Origin: an uncultured Candidatus Poseidoniales archaeon
Lineage (GTDB): Archaea > Thermoplasmatota > Poseidoniia > Poseidoniales > Thalassarchaeaceae
Assembly (NCBI GenBank): GCA_902511005.1
Contig: CABXDN010000004.1
Span: 28,404 to 92,403, forward strand
Length of the DNA: 64,000 bases
Direction: 5' to 3'
The translations under genes and the position numbers were made by a program. A model generated the notes under the pieces. The model saw nothing but the letters and a program-made list of their open reading frames with translations, ran no database searches and was not told the DNA's origin. Below, piece after piece: positions 1 through 9,304 of this stretch (positions are counted from its first letter, which is position 1; each line of letters starts with the position of its first letter).

Positions 1-1034
1 TGATGGACTCCTTTTTCTTTAGATGGTGAATATCTTCCTCTTTCATAAGATTTTGAAGAAACTCCTCTTTGTGTAGCTTCTACAATCTCTTGGTCTTCTG
101 CTTCTACTTTATCTAAATCTCCTCCTGCACCTTTTCCAAGCATTGATTTTTCACCTACAAAGCCATGATAAACTATTCTTGTTCTATCGACTGAGATTGG
201 ATTTACAACATTTACAGATAGACCCCATGGATAAAAGTTCAACATCAAACCAGGATATATCCAATAATAGTAAGCGGCTATTTTTTGTCCAAAGTCAGGT
301 GACGATTCTGGTAAATCGAAACATGCCTCTCCTTCGTTAGCAATACCTATTTGCAAAACACCTCCTTCGAATAATTCTGTGCTATATGAGTCATAATCAA
401 GCACACTGTGTAAGTCTCCATGTACAAACGGAATATGAAAACCTTCGAGATAATTATCTACGTAGAGTGCCCAATTAGCATTAATATCATAAGACCTATG
501 CCTTGATTCATCATATTCAAAAGATTCAATATTCATCCACCCTATTCTATTTTGCATTTCATTTATCACAGTATCAAAAAATTGTTCTCCACCTAAGAAT
601 ATTATTCCATTCCATTTTTTAATATTGAACTCTCTTAGATTATCAGAGACGGCGGGGAAGTTTTCGACATCTGTAAATTCTGGCATATTCCTCATGCATC
701 CATCTAATCCAAATGTCCGACCATGATATCTACATTTGAGGGATTTCAGATCACAAGGCTTTGTAGCAATTAGCATACCTCTGTGTGTACATACATTTGA
801 TAGACATCTTATCTGTTCATCTTTAGTTAATATTAATGCTTCTCCAAGAATATTTTCTAATTGAGGTAAAGGTATGATATTATTCTCATTAAGTTGACTT
901 ACATGTGCTGCAAAGTGAAATGAATTAGAAAGTCTAGAGAGAATTTCTGAAAATAGGGATTCTTCTGTGTAGTATCTTGATGGTAAAGTATGTGCTTTAC
1001 AAATATCAGAATCTATGATAGGCGCAGCAACCAT
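1..1034 (-). CDS. Rieske non-heme iron oxygenase alpha subunit (choline monooxygenase/CntA-like), 3' end runs off the window
   Basis: Not in the ORF track. Manual translation from ATG at 1034 gives MVAAPIIDSDICKAHTLPSRYY..., Rieske motif NVCTHRG...CRYHGRTF, mononuclear Fe motif NWALYVDNYLEGFHIPFVH and EAEDQEIVEATQRG. The frame is open to the window edge. Confidence 0.9.
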   Translation of the reverse strand, partial: MVAAPIIDSDICKAHTLPSRYYTEESLFSEILSRLSNSFHFAAHVSQLNENNIIPLPQLENILGEALILTKDEQIRCLSNVCTHRGMLIATKPCDLKSLKCRYHGRTFGLDGCMRNMPEFTDVENFPAVSDNLREFNIKKWNGIIFLGGEQFFDTVINEMQNRIGWMNIESFEYDESRHRSYDINANWALYVDNYLEGFHIPFVHGDLHSVLDYDSYSTELFEGGVLQIGIANEGEACFDLPESSPDFGQKIAAYYYWIYPGLMLNFYPWGLSVNVVNPISVDRTRIVYHGFVGEKSMLGKGAGGDLDKVEAEDQEIVEATQRGVSSKSYERGRYSPSKEKGVH

Positions 1035-1063
1035 TGTGTTGACTCAGATGAATCCATATTCAG

Positions 1064-1922
1064 TTATTTTCCTGTGGGGGTGTCGAATTTCTGAATCTTC
1101 GATCTCCAATTTACATAAGCAAATGAGGGAATAGACCATAGAATTATTGAACCTATCCAAGCTATTGCAGAACCGACTATCAAACCATATTCAATCATTG
1201 ACCACATCGCTATAATTGAGTATGCTGCAACTGACCCCCCCCCCCATCATCATAGGGCCTGCTGCGCCTAGAGGAACCGACGGTCCTTGAGCAATCCATA
1301 ATGCTACCATGCTTGTAAGAAATATTGCAGGGAATACTGATGCTAGACCCGCAATTAGGGGCATTCCTAATCCTGAAATTATAACTGCAATACCTATAGC
1401 AGTGGCAGCCACAAAACCTCTGGAAACAAGGATTTTCTTACTGACTTGATTATTTCCCTTTGGTGCAGGTTTCAGATTCCAGCACATAATAGCTCCAAGT
1501 GTTCCAACTAATACAAATCCTGTAATTGCTATTTGATAGGAAGAGTAATTTTTATCGATAGCTAAATCTACAGTTTTAATTGCGAATATACCTGTACTCG
1601 TCCATACTAATAGTGAGCATATACTAGTTACAGCGAGCCTTTTATTTGAATTCCATGTTTTCGGTAGTTTACTAGGTAGAATCGCCCAAGTTGAAAGAAA
1701 TATTGCATTGATTAACATTCCTGCAGGTACTATCGCCAGACTAAGAATCAATGAATCATCTCCGCCTTCTGATCCCATCCCTATAGCAGCAGGAATAATT
1801 GTGGTTGGTATAGTTCCTAGGATTCCTCCCAAAACGCCTCCATATTTCTCAATAAGTACGGTCACAGTCGTCGCAACAACTCCCGCCATTACCGCAGCTA
1901 GCAAGGCGGTCTGTCCATCCAT
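1064..1922 (-). CDS. Multi-pass membrane protein with two internal repeats (GlpM/DUF3147-like), frameshifted in a G11 run at 1235-1245
   Basis: ORF 1191..1922 is highly hydrophobic, with repeats GGILGTIPT / AGLASVFPA. Removing one G extends it by two more TM helices (GGGSVAAYSIIAMWSMIEYGLIVGSAIAWIGSIILWSIPSFAYVNWR...) to TAA at 1064-1066. The family call is tentative. Confidence 0.7.
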
Positions 1923-1974
1923 GATGGCTCGTACGGATAACTAACCAAGAAGTCTTCAGCGAGTCTTCCAGAGC

Positions 1975-3357
1975 GTGTGTTTGATGTGGTGGCAGTATTC
2001 CACAGCCATCGTGGTAGATTGGCCTGAGGCGGGAACCGCTGTTCGTTTGGTAGTGAAGACTTGGGCTGGAGAGGCTTCACATGAAGGCCTTGCATTGCCT
2101 CCAGCAGGGCCTAAATTAGTAACTATGAAGTTAGTAAATGGTTACAATATTTCTTATCCTGAAATCGTGGTTCAAAGTGTTGAGATTCTTGATTCTGTAG
2201 AAATACATGAGGAAGAAAAAGCACCATTTATCCCCCAAGATGAATCTTTACCTCTTGTTCATTTAATCCATACTGGAGGTACGATTGCATCAAAAGTTGA
2301 TTACAAGACAGGTGCAGTATCTGCTCGTTTTGAACCAGATGAATTATTAGATGCAGTTCCTGAACTCCGTTCTATTGCCAGAATCCATGTTGTAAAATTA
2401 GGTAACATGTGGTCAGATGATATTCGCCCACGTCATTGGAATCGTATGTTGAAGGCTACTGAGGAAGCGTTCTCAGAAGATGCAGTGGGAGTTGTCATTA
2501 CTCATGGCACCGATACATTACATTACACTGCTGCAGCAATGTCTTACGGATGGTCGGGTCAAGGTGGTAGGCCTTCAGGAAGAATAGTTCTAACTGGTTC
2601 TCAACGTTCTCCCGATAGAGGTTCATCTGATGCTGCTGAGAATCTTATAGCAGCAGTTCATTGGGCTGCTAATGGGCCCAAACCTAGTGGTTATGGCGAC
2701 TCAGCAGTAGTTGTACTTCATGCAGATTCTTCCGATGGCCGTTGCGCAGTTCTTCCTGGCTGTGCGTCTCGTAAATATCATTCTTCAAGACGAGGTGCTT
2801 TCAAATCTATAAATCAAAATCCCCTTGCTCATGTTCTTGTGAATAAGGGTTCAGCGACAATAGAATTATTTGAACCAAGAGCTCATGATGCTAGAATTGA
2901 ATCAGAATCTCCGACTTATTTTGATGAGTCTATCCGTATTGCAGAATTTTCCGCAGGTCCTCACTTACATTCAGACTTAGTCCAGGCGGCAATTGATTCG
3001 GGTTACGATGCCCTGTATTTCCATGGTACAGGTCTCGGACATTTACCTATACAAGATCCTGAGGATGATAGTCCTGAAAATACCAAATTAAGATTTACAG
3101 TGGAAGATTACTGTAAATCTGGAGGGATAGTGGTGTTAACTACTCAAACGATTCATGGGCCAGTACATTTGGATGTTTATTCCAAAGGACGTATTCAACA
3201 AGAAATAGGTATGATAGGACACGGGTCACTTTGTCCTCCAAGTTCTGGTTTAGTTAAGTTACATCATCTTCTTTCAGTTAGTAATGTAAGAGATTATGTG
3301 GCCTTAGGATGGGAACAAGACCTGTGTGGTGAAAACCCATATGATTCCCAATCTTGA
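1975..3357 (+). CDS. gatD: Glutamyl-tRNA(Gln) amidotransferase subunit D
   Basis: N-terminal KLVNGYNI domain, then asparaginase motifs HTGGTIASKVDYKTGAV, HGTDT, GSQRSPDRGSSD and GTGLGH. The real start is probably somewhat downstream (e.g. GTG 2011). Confidence 0.95.
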   Translation: MCLMWWQYSTAIVVDWPEAGTAVRLVVKTWAGEASHEGLALPPAGPKLVTMKLVNGYNISYPEIVVQSVEILDSVEIHEEEKAPFIPQDESLPLVHLIHTGGTIASKVDYKTGAVSARFEPDELLDAVPELRSIARIHVVKLGNMWSDDIRPRHWNRMLKATEEAFSEDAVGVVITHGTDTLHYTAAAMSYGWSGQGGRPSGRIVLTGSQRSPDRGSSDAAENLIAAVHWAANGPKPSGYGDSAVVVLHADSSDGRCAVLPGCASRKYHSSRRGAFKSINQNPLAHVLVNKGSATIELFEPRAHDARIESESPTYFDESIRIAEFSAGPHLHSDLVQAAIDSGYDALYFHGTGLGHLPIQDPEDDSPENTKLRFTVEDYCKSGGIVVLTTQTIHGPVHLDVYSKGRIQQEIGMIGHGSLCPPSSGLVKLHHLLSVSNVRDYVALGWEQDLCGENPYDSQS

Positions 3358-3407
3358 TTAAAGTTCGAGCCGACTCTGTCAATAACCGTCTGTTAGTTCG
3401 AAACGTT

Positions 3408-4958
3408 ATGACGGGGGTGTCGCCGAGTGAAAATTTGGATAATTTCCGTCAACTTGCAAATAATCCCGGCGATAGGATATCGGTACAAAATCTAAGAAAA
3501 TCAGGTCGGATGACTGCTAGAGAAAGGATTTATGCTTTAATTGACTCCGACTCATTTGTTGAAATTGATGCTTTTGTTCAGCATCGTTCAGGTGATCACA
3601 ACTTACACCTTCATCGTCCTTTTGGAGATGGAGTCGTTGCTGGTCACGGCATGCTCGATGGACGAAGAATAGTATGTTTTGCCCAAGATTATTCAATATT
3701 CGAAGGAACAATGGGTGAGATGCATGCTAAAAAAATAGCAAAGATAGCGGAATTCGCAGAGAAATCTCAATTGCCTATTATAGGTATTTGGGATGGAGAT
3801 GGTCAACGTGCTTACGAAGGAGTTCCTGCTTTAGGTGCTACAGGGGAATTGCTTGATATTCTAGTAGCATGTTCTGGCCGTATACCGATAATCTCGTTAG
3901 TTCTCGGCACTGTTTCAGGCGTTAGTGCCTTAGCAGCTGGGTTATCTGATTTTGTGATACTTGGTTCTGAGCACGGGCAGATGTTTATGCGTAGCCCGTA
4001 TTTCATTCCAGAGGTTATTAGTGGGGAAATCAATGAACAAACACTCGGTGGTGCTGAGTCTCATGCAAGTCGTAGTGGAGTTGCATGCTTAGTTGCTAAT
4101 GATGAACACGATGCAATAAATATTGCAGCAGAAATACTAGGTTACTTGCCAGATCACACTCTTGCCGAACCATTTAACGTTAATTCAGGAGATCCATGGG
4201 ACCGTAAATGTAAGAAATTAGAGAAGATAGTTCCATCTGACTCCAACAAACCCTATGATATGTTGGAAGTAATAAGAGAAGTCGTCGATGAACAACGATT
4301 TTTAGAACTCTTTCCATCCTATGCTGATAATATTTTAGTTGGTTTTGCCCGCCTTGATGGCCAGTCGGTTGGTATTGTTGCTAATCAGCCAAAAGTATTA
4401 GCGGGTTGTTTAGATATTGATGCTTCAGTTAAATCTGCCAGATTCATTAGAACTTGTGATGCATTCAATATACCTGTAATTACATTTGTTGATGTCCCCG
4501 GATTTCTCCCAGGAACGGTTCAAGAATGGGGAGGAATTATTCGTCATGGTGCGAAGATGCTCTATGCTTATGCCGAAGCAACAATTCCTAAACTTACAGT
4601 GGTGACTAGGAAAGCGTACGGCGGTGCTTACTTAGCTATGTCATGCAAACACCTTGGTTCTGACTACAATATATCTTGGCCCACTGGTGAATTAGCAGTA
4701 ATGGGCGCAGATGGTGCCGTGAATATCATTCATCGCCGTGAACTGGAGCAATCAGATAATAGATTAGAAACTCATTCTGAACTTGTAGACGAGTATAGGA
4801 ATAAATTCGGAGACCCATATGTCGCAGCAAAAAACGGCTGGTTAGATGACGTAATTGAACCTGCAGATACTAGAAAAATGTTGATTCAGGCATTGAGGCC
4901 TCTTAAAACAAAGAGAGAATGGATTCCGCCTAAGAAACATGGTAATATCCCTCTCTAA
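3408..4958 (+). CDS. Acyl-CoA carboxylase carboxyltransferase (propionyl-CoA carboxylase beta-like)
   Basis: GRMTARERI, GDGVVAGHG, VGIVANQP, DVPGFLPG, RKAYGGAY and terminal KKHGNIPL. ATG 3408 chosen as start. Confidence 0.9.
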   Translation: MTGVSPSENLDNFRQLANNPGDRISVQNLRKSGRMTARERIYALIDSDSFVEIDAFVQHRSGDHNLHLHRPFGDGVVAGHGMLDGRRIVCFAQDYSIFEGTMGEMHAKKIAKIAEFAEKSQLPIIGIWDGDGQRAYEGVPALGATGELLDILVACSGRIPIISLVLGTVSGVSALAAGLSDFVILGSEHGQMFMRSPYFIPEVISGEINEQTLGGAESHASRSGVACLVANDEHDAINIAAEILGYLPDHTLAEPFNVNSGDPWDRKCKKLEKIVPSDSNKPYDMLEVIREVVDEQRFLELFPSYADNILVGFARLDGQSVGIVANQPKVLAGCLDIDASVKSARFIRTCDAFNIPVITFVDVPGFLPGTVQEWGGIIRHGAKMLYAYAEATIPKLTVVTRKAYGGAYLAMSCKHLGSDYNISWPTGELAVMGADGAVNIIHRRELEQSDNRLETHSELVDEYRNKFGDPYVAAKNGWLDDVIEPADTRKMLIQALRPLKTKREWIPPKKHGNIPL

Positions 4959-5686
4959 TCGAATAGCCTTTCTAAAATGTAACTCAATGGAGGTAATTTT
5001 TCTACATTCTCATGGAGGAAAAATCGTTTCCATGCCTCCAAATGCTGAGCAGCGAGCATTATTACTGCAAAATCATCTATTTTAGAATATTCATTATATG
5101 ATATTGAAACATTTTTCCTTTCTTTAATCATACAACTATCTTCTCCACCCGGATTGGCATCTAAATCGACTGAAATATCTGCTTCTCCACTTTCAATTAT
5201 TGATATATCCCATGGTCCTGAGACTAATTTTCTCCGCCCATTAACTGGAATAATCTCTCCTCCAGACTCAGACCATGCTGCTGCAATTGATCGAGCAGTA
5301 GACCCCCCTCCCCTGATTTTTAAAATAGATTTACTTGGATTTATACCTATATATTTCGCTGCTTCTATGAAACCATAACCGTCAGTATTGATTCCATACC
5401 ATATTCCATTAGTTCTCATTAATTGATTGATAGAATTAATTTCTTCTTGATTGGATATACCCAATAGTTCTCCAACAATATGTTTCAGTGGTGAGGTGAT
5501 AGATATCCATAAGTCGCCATCTAATTGTTCAATATTTCTCTTGAATTCTTTTGAGTTATTTGCTTCTAAAAATACATCTTTAACTTCTTCTATCTCGAGC
5601 GCATTTCCTACTATGTTGAATAGTCTTGGTGTCAAAGAATGAGAGATAGGGAAACCTGAGATGCCCCAATAGGCGGGTGTCTTCAC
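4955..5686 (-). CDS. aroE: Shikimate dehydrogenase family protein (short, divergent)
   Basis: G-P-ISHSLTP, SITSPLK, INTDGYGF, Rossmann-like IRGGGSTARS and MLAAQ. Confidence 0.75.
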   Translation of the reverse strand: MKTPAYWGISGFPISHSLTPRLFNIVGNALEIEEVKDVFLEANNSKEFKRNIEQLDGDLWISITSPLKHIVGELLGISNQEEINSINQLMRTNGIWYGINTDGYGFIEAAKYIGINPSKSILKIRGGGSTARSIAAAWSESGGEIIPVNGRRKLVSGPWDISIIESGEADISVDLDANPGGEDSCMIKERKNVSISYNEYSKIDDFAVIMLAAQHLEAWKRFFLHENVEKLPPLSYILERLFD

Positions 5687-5748
5687 ATGACCTCCTACGA
5701 ATTGTTAGCAATGAAGGTTTCAAGTGAGTAGTTCGACCGGAAAGCCTG

Positions 5749-7464
5749 ATGGACAGTGATTTGGATATCGCCCGCAGGGCAGAAGCTAGGCCTATAGAAG
5801 AGATTGCCGCGAAGCTCGGACTTTCTACTAACGACTTGATTATGCAGGGTCCAACCATTGCTAAAATTAAGTGGGATACTATGAAATCTAAGTCTTCAGA
5901 TAAGCAAGGTTTCTTGATTCTTGTCACTTCTGTTAACCCAACCCCGTTCGGTGAAGGAAAAACAGTTACTACAATAGGTCTGAATCAGGGTTTAAATCGT
6001 CGAGGGCACAACGCTTCTTGTGTAATTAGAGAGCCATCCATGGGGCCTGTTTTTGGAATTAAGGGAGGGGCTGCGGGTGGTGGTTTTTCCCAAGTAATTC
6101 CTATGGAACAAATCAACCTACACTTCACTGGGGATTTACATGCTGTAACATCCGCACACAATCTTTGTTCTGCCATTCTCGATAATTATTTGCATAGGGA
6201 CAACGAACTAGATATTGATACAAACCGTATCTTCTGGCCACGAGTTATTGATATGAATGATCGTTCATTAAGAGAAGTGACAATTGGTTTAGGGGGTAAA
6301 ATGAATGGCCTTGTTAGAAGCGATAGATTTGATATTACAGCTGCGAGCGAAGTCATGGCTATCCTTTCTTTATCTAGAGATTATTCAGATTTACGTGCTC
6401 GTTTAGGTCGAATTATTATCGCAGAATCGAAGTCAGGGAAACCTGTAACTGCAGATGACATTGGTGCGGCTGGATCTATGGCATTACTACTAAGAGACGC
6501 TCTTTTACCAAATTTAGTCCAAACTTTAGAAGGTGACCCCGCCTTTGTTCATTGCGGGCCATTCGCAAACATAGCTCATGGTAATTCTTCGATTATTGCA
6601 GACTCTCTCGCTTTATCCTGTTCTGATTATGTGGTCACCGAAGCAGGATTTGGAGCAGATATGGGTGCAGAGAAAGCTCTTCATATCAAAGCTCTAGCAT
6701 CTGGAAAAACTCCTGATTGTGTCGTAATAAATGTCACAGTTAGGAGTATGAAACTCCATGGAGGGGGTTTTTCAACTGGCGGCGGAAAAAGGCCCCCTAA
6801 AGAAGAATTAGAGTCGGAAAATGTAGAAGCCACGCGCAAGGGTTCCAGCAGTAATCTTCGTCGGCATGTTCGAAATATTTCTATGACAGGCCTCCCAGTA
6901 GTGGTGTCAATTAACAAATTCTCTACAGATACTGATGATGAAATTAATGCAATTAGCGAAGAGGCCAAACTAGCAGGGGCAAGAGAAGTTGTAATTTTCG
7001 AAGGCCATGCTAATGGAGGAGAAGGTGCAGGTAATCTTGCAGATGCAGTTGTAAAGGCGTGTTCAGAACATGAAAGTGCAGGTCGACCTTACAAACCGAT
7101 AGTCGAATCAGGTATGTCAGTTAGTGAAACTATTCTGAAGATTGCCACAAATGTATACGGCGCTCATACAGTCGATTTCAGTTCACAAGCCCACCATGCT
7201 TTTGAGGTTCTTAAAAAATGGGATATGGATAAGCTTCCAGTATGTATGGCTAAGACTCAGTATTCATTTAGTCACGAAGCATCTGAACTCGGAGCACCAA
7301 CTGGCTTTACTTTACCAATAAGAGAAATTAGAATAAACGCAGGTGCCGGATTTTTAGTGGCAATTTGTGGTTCAATGATGACCATGCCTGGGCTCCCAAG
7401 AAGGCCTGCTGCTATGGATATGGATATGGATGAAGATGGCAACCTACTCGGAGTATTTGGTTGA
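5749..7464 (+). CDS. fhs: Formate--tetrahydrofolate ligase
   Basis: PTPFGEGKT, REPSMGPVFGIKGGAAGGG, NLHFTGD, GPFANIAHG, VTEAGFGADMG, CMAKTQYSFS and MPGLP. Confidence 0.97.
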   Translation: MDSDLDIARRAEARPIEEIAAKLGLSTNDLIMQGPTIAKIKWDTMKSKSSDKQGFLILVTSVNPTPFGEGKTVTTIGLNQGLNRRGHNASCVIREPSMGPVFGIKGGAAGGGFSQVIPMEQINLHFTGDLHAVTSAHNLCSAILDNYLHRDNELDIDTNRIFWPRVIDMNDRSLREVTIGLGGKMNGLVRSDRFDITAASEVMAILSLSRDYSDLRARLGRIIIAESKSGKPVTADDIGAAGSMALLLRDALLPNLVQTLEGDPAFVHCGPFANIAHGNSSIIADSLALSCSDYVVTEAGFGADMGAEKALHIKALASGKTPDCVVINVTVRSMKLHGGGFSTGGGKRPPKEELESENVEATRKGSSSNLRRHVRNISMTGLPVVVSINKFSTDTDDEINAISEEAKLAGAREVVIFEGHANGGEGAGNLADAVVKACSEHESAGRPYKPIVESGMSVSETILKIATNVYGAHTVDFSSQAHHAFEVLKKWDMDKLPVCMAKTQYSFSHEASELGAPTGFTLPIREIRINAGAGFLVAICGSMMTMPGLPRRPAAMDMDMDEDGNLLGVFG

Positions 7465-7476
7465 GGCTGTGATTGT

Positions 7477-8535
7477 GTGCGACAAATTAAGAAGCTCGAT
7501 GAAGGAGTTCGTCTAAGGATTGAATCCGAAGACGATCTATGGGTTCTGGCTCAATTATGCCGCCCACAATCTACTTTGGGTATGCTTTCTCATCGAAGAG
7601 ATTCAACAACCGGGACGAAAGAAGATGGTCGCGCTAAAAATGCTGAAAGAAAGCCTATGTGGATAGTTCTTGAAGTAGAGAAAACAGAGTTCCAGGCATT
7701 TACTGATAATCTCCGAGCACATGGTATAATCAAAGATGCTAATTTCGACATAGGCTTACATCATACACATATTATTTCTCCAGGTGATGAAATAGAATTA
7801 TCATTCCCTGGTGGCCTTGTTAAATCTGACTTGATACTTCTCAAAGAAACAATCAAATCAGGTTCAAAGGCAAAATCTGGCCTGATTGTTGTTGAAAATG
7901 ATGAGATAATTCTCTTTGAAGTCACTTCTCATGGCATTCGTGATGTGTCACAATTTAGTATGCGTGGAGGCGGTAAAAGAATCTCCGACTCAACCAGTGT
8001 ACGCAAAAGTTTTTTCGAGAGAGTTGCGAAAGAAACTGCATTAGTATTTACTGAAAAAATACCTTTAATTATATGCGGCCCCGGTCTTGCAAGAGAGCAA
8101 TTTGAATCTATTTTACGATTAATCGGCGCTAAAAATCAGATTCTGAACATTGCTGCATCAATAGGTGGTCGTCCTGCTGCCAATGAAGTACTTGCTGAAG
8201 GATTAGCGGACTCATTTTTGGGCGAACATGCTCTCGTATCCCAGATTAAAACAATAGAAGAAGGGTTGAAGAGGATTTCAACAAACGGAGCGGTTTCTTA
8301 TGGCTCGAGATTTATTTCTGAGGCCGCGGATGCAGGGGCAATCGAAGTTCTCGCTATTGACGCTCAATTACTTCGGAGTCTAGATTCAGGAATTCGGGAG
8401 TCATGGGAATCAATTTCAGAAACGATTATTTCATCTAAGGGCCGTGTGATTCAAGTATCTCAAGATCATGATTCTGCTCAGCAACTGATGGGGTTAGGTG
8501 GAGCGTTGGCTCTACTTAGATGGAAAATGGATTGA
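7477..8535 (+). CDS. pelA: Pelota/Dom34 ribosome rescue factor
   Basis: ESEDDLWVL, LRAHGII, GLHHT, ICGPG and C-terminal QLMGLGGALALLRW (eRF1 domain 3). Confidence 0.9.
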   Translation: MRQIKKLDEGVRLRIESEDDLWVLAQLCRPQSTLGMLSHRRDSTTGTKEDGRAKNAERKPMWIVLEVEKTEFQAFTDNLRAHGIIKDANFDIGLHHTHIISPGDEIELSFPGGLVKSDLILLKETIKSGSKAKSGLIVVENDEIILFEVTSHGIRDVSQFSMRGGGKRISDSTSVRKSFFERVAKETALVFTEKIPLIICGPGLAREQFESILRLIGAKNQILNIAASIGGRPAANEVLAEGLADSFLGEHALVSQIKTIEEGLKRISTNGAVSYGSRFISEAADAGAIEVLAIDAQLLRSLDSGIRESWESISETIISSKGRVIQVSQDHDSAQQLMGLGGALALLRWKMD

Positions 8536-9191
8536 TTACAGTGTCTATATCTGATATTCAAATAGTTGCTTTCGGTAATCCCTCAAAAAACGATAATTCA
8601 TTTAATTTATTATCAAAATCTAAATTATTAGGCGCTAAAACAAATTTCTTAACTTGTAAAGATAATGAATCTTTTTCGAATTTTAATCACGGGACTATAG
8701 ATTGGAGAAAGATGACAAATGGTATTCACTGGCTTGTAAATTCTACTGAAACTATACTTTCTGGTATATCTCCTAGATCAGCCTTAGGTGCTGGAATGAC
8801 CTTTGGGGAACTAGAAGGTGCCCGAATGGTCATGGTGGTTGACGTACCAGATAATTCAGAGGATTTGAGTAAAGCTTGGGGGTTTGTGATTAATAGGATA
8901 CGTCAAATACATGTACTTTTTCTAACCTCAGAAGCGTTATTTGCCATCTCAAAATTAGAAGGAGTCGGAGTTGAAGATTTACTTAAAGAAATACGGAATA
9001 GAGGATTAGTGCCTCACGTGTGTAGTTATATTGCTGATGAACGAAGGGCTCTTGTTGAACATTCACTAGGTTCAATTGATGTGGTGACTAATGATACTCT
9101 TGAACCATTAGAATGGCTTGCAAGATTCATTTGTAATCTTCCGCTCTCTGAATCAGGTAATTCGGGTGTGAAAAGCGCTTGTTTGAGTTAA
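8520..9191 (+). CDS. Hypothetical protein, degenerate PfkB/ribokinase-like fold
   Basis: Open frame overlapping the pelota stop. Segments LGAKTNFL, GARMVMVVDVP and IRQIHVLFLTSEAL follow ribokinase secondary-structure order, but there is no GAGD motif. Confidence 0.5.
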   Translation: MENGLITVSISDIQIVAFGNPSKNDNSFNLLSKSKLLGAKTNFLTCKDNESFSNFNHGTIDWRKMTNGIHWLVNSTETILSGISPRSALGAGMTFGELEGARMVMVVDVPDNSEDLSKAWGFVINRIRQIHVLFLTSEALFAISKLEGVGVEDLLKEIRNRGLVPHVCSYIADERRALVEHSLGSIDVVTNDTLEPLEWLARFICNLPLSESGNSGVKSACLS

Positions 9192-9304
9192 TATTAGGGT
9201 TTAATAATTAAATCTCTGTAATCTTTCTTAAGTTTAAAAGGGACTATTAGCAACAATCCCTTTTGAAGGGTCACCCTTTCGGCCAACCCTCGGGGGATGT
9301 AAGT

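Noticed and set aside
143-340. 65-aa plus-strand ORF, and the many other 60-145 aa ORFs antisense to or inside long genes
   Set aside because: They are shadow frames of well-supported genes and have no recognisable motifs.
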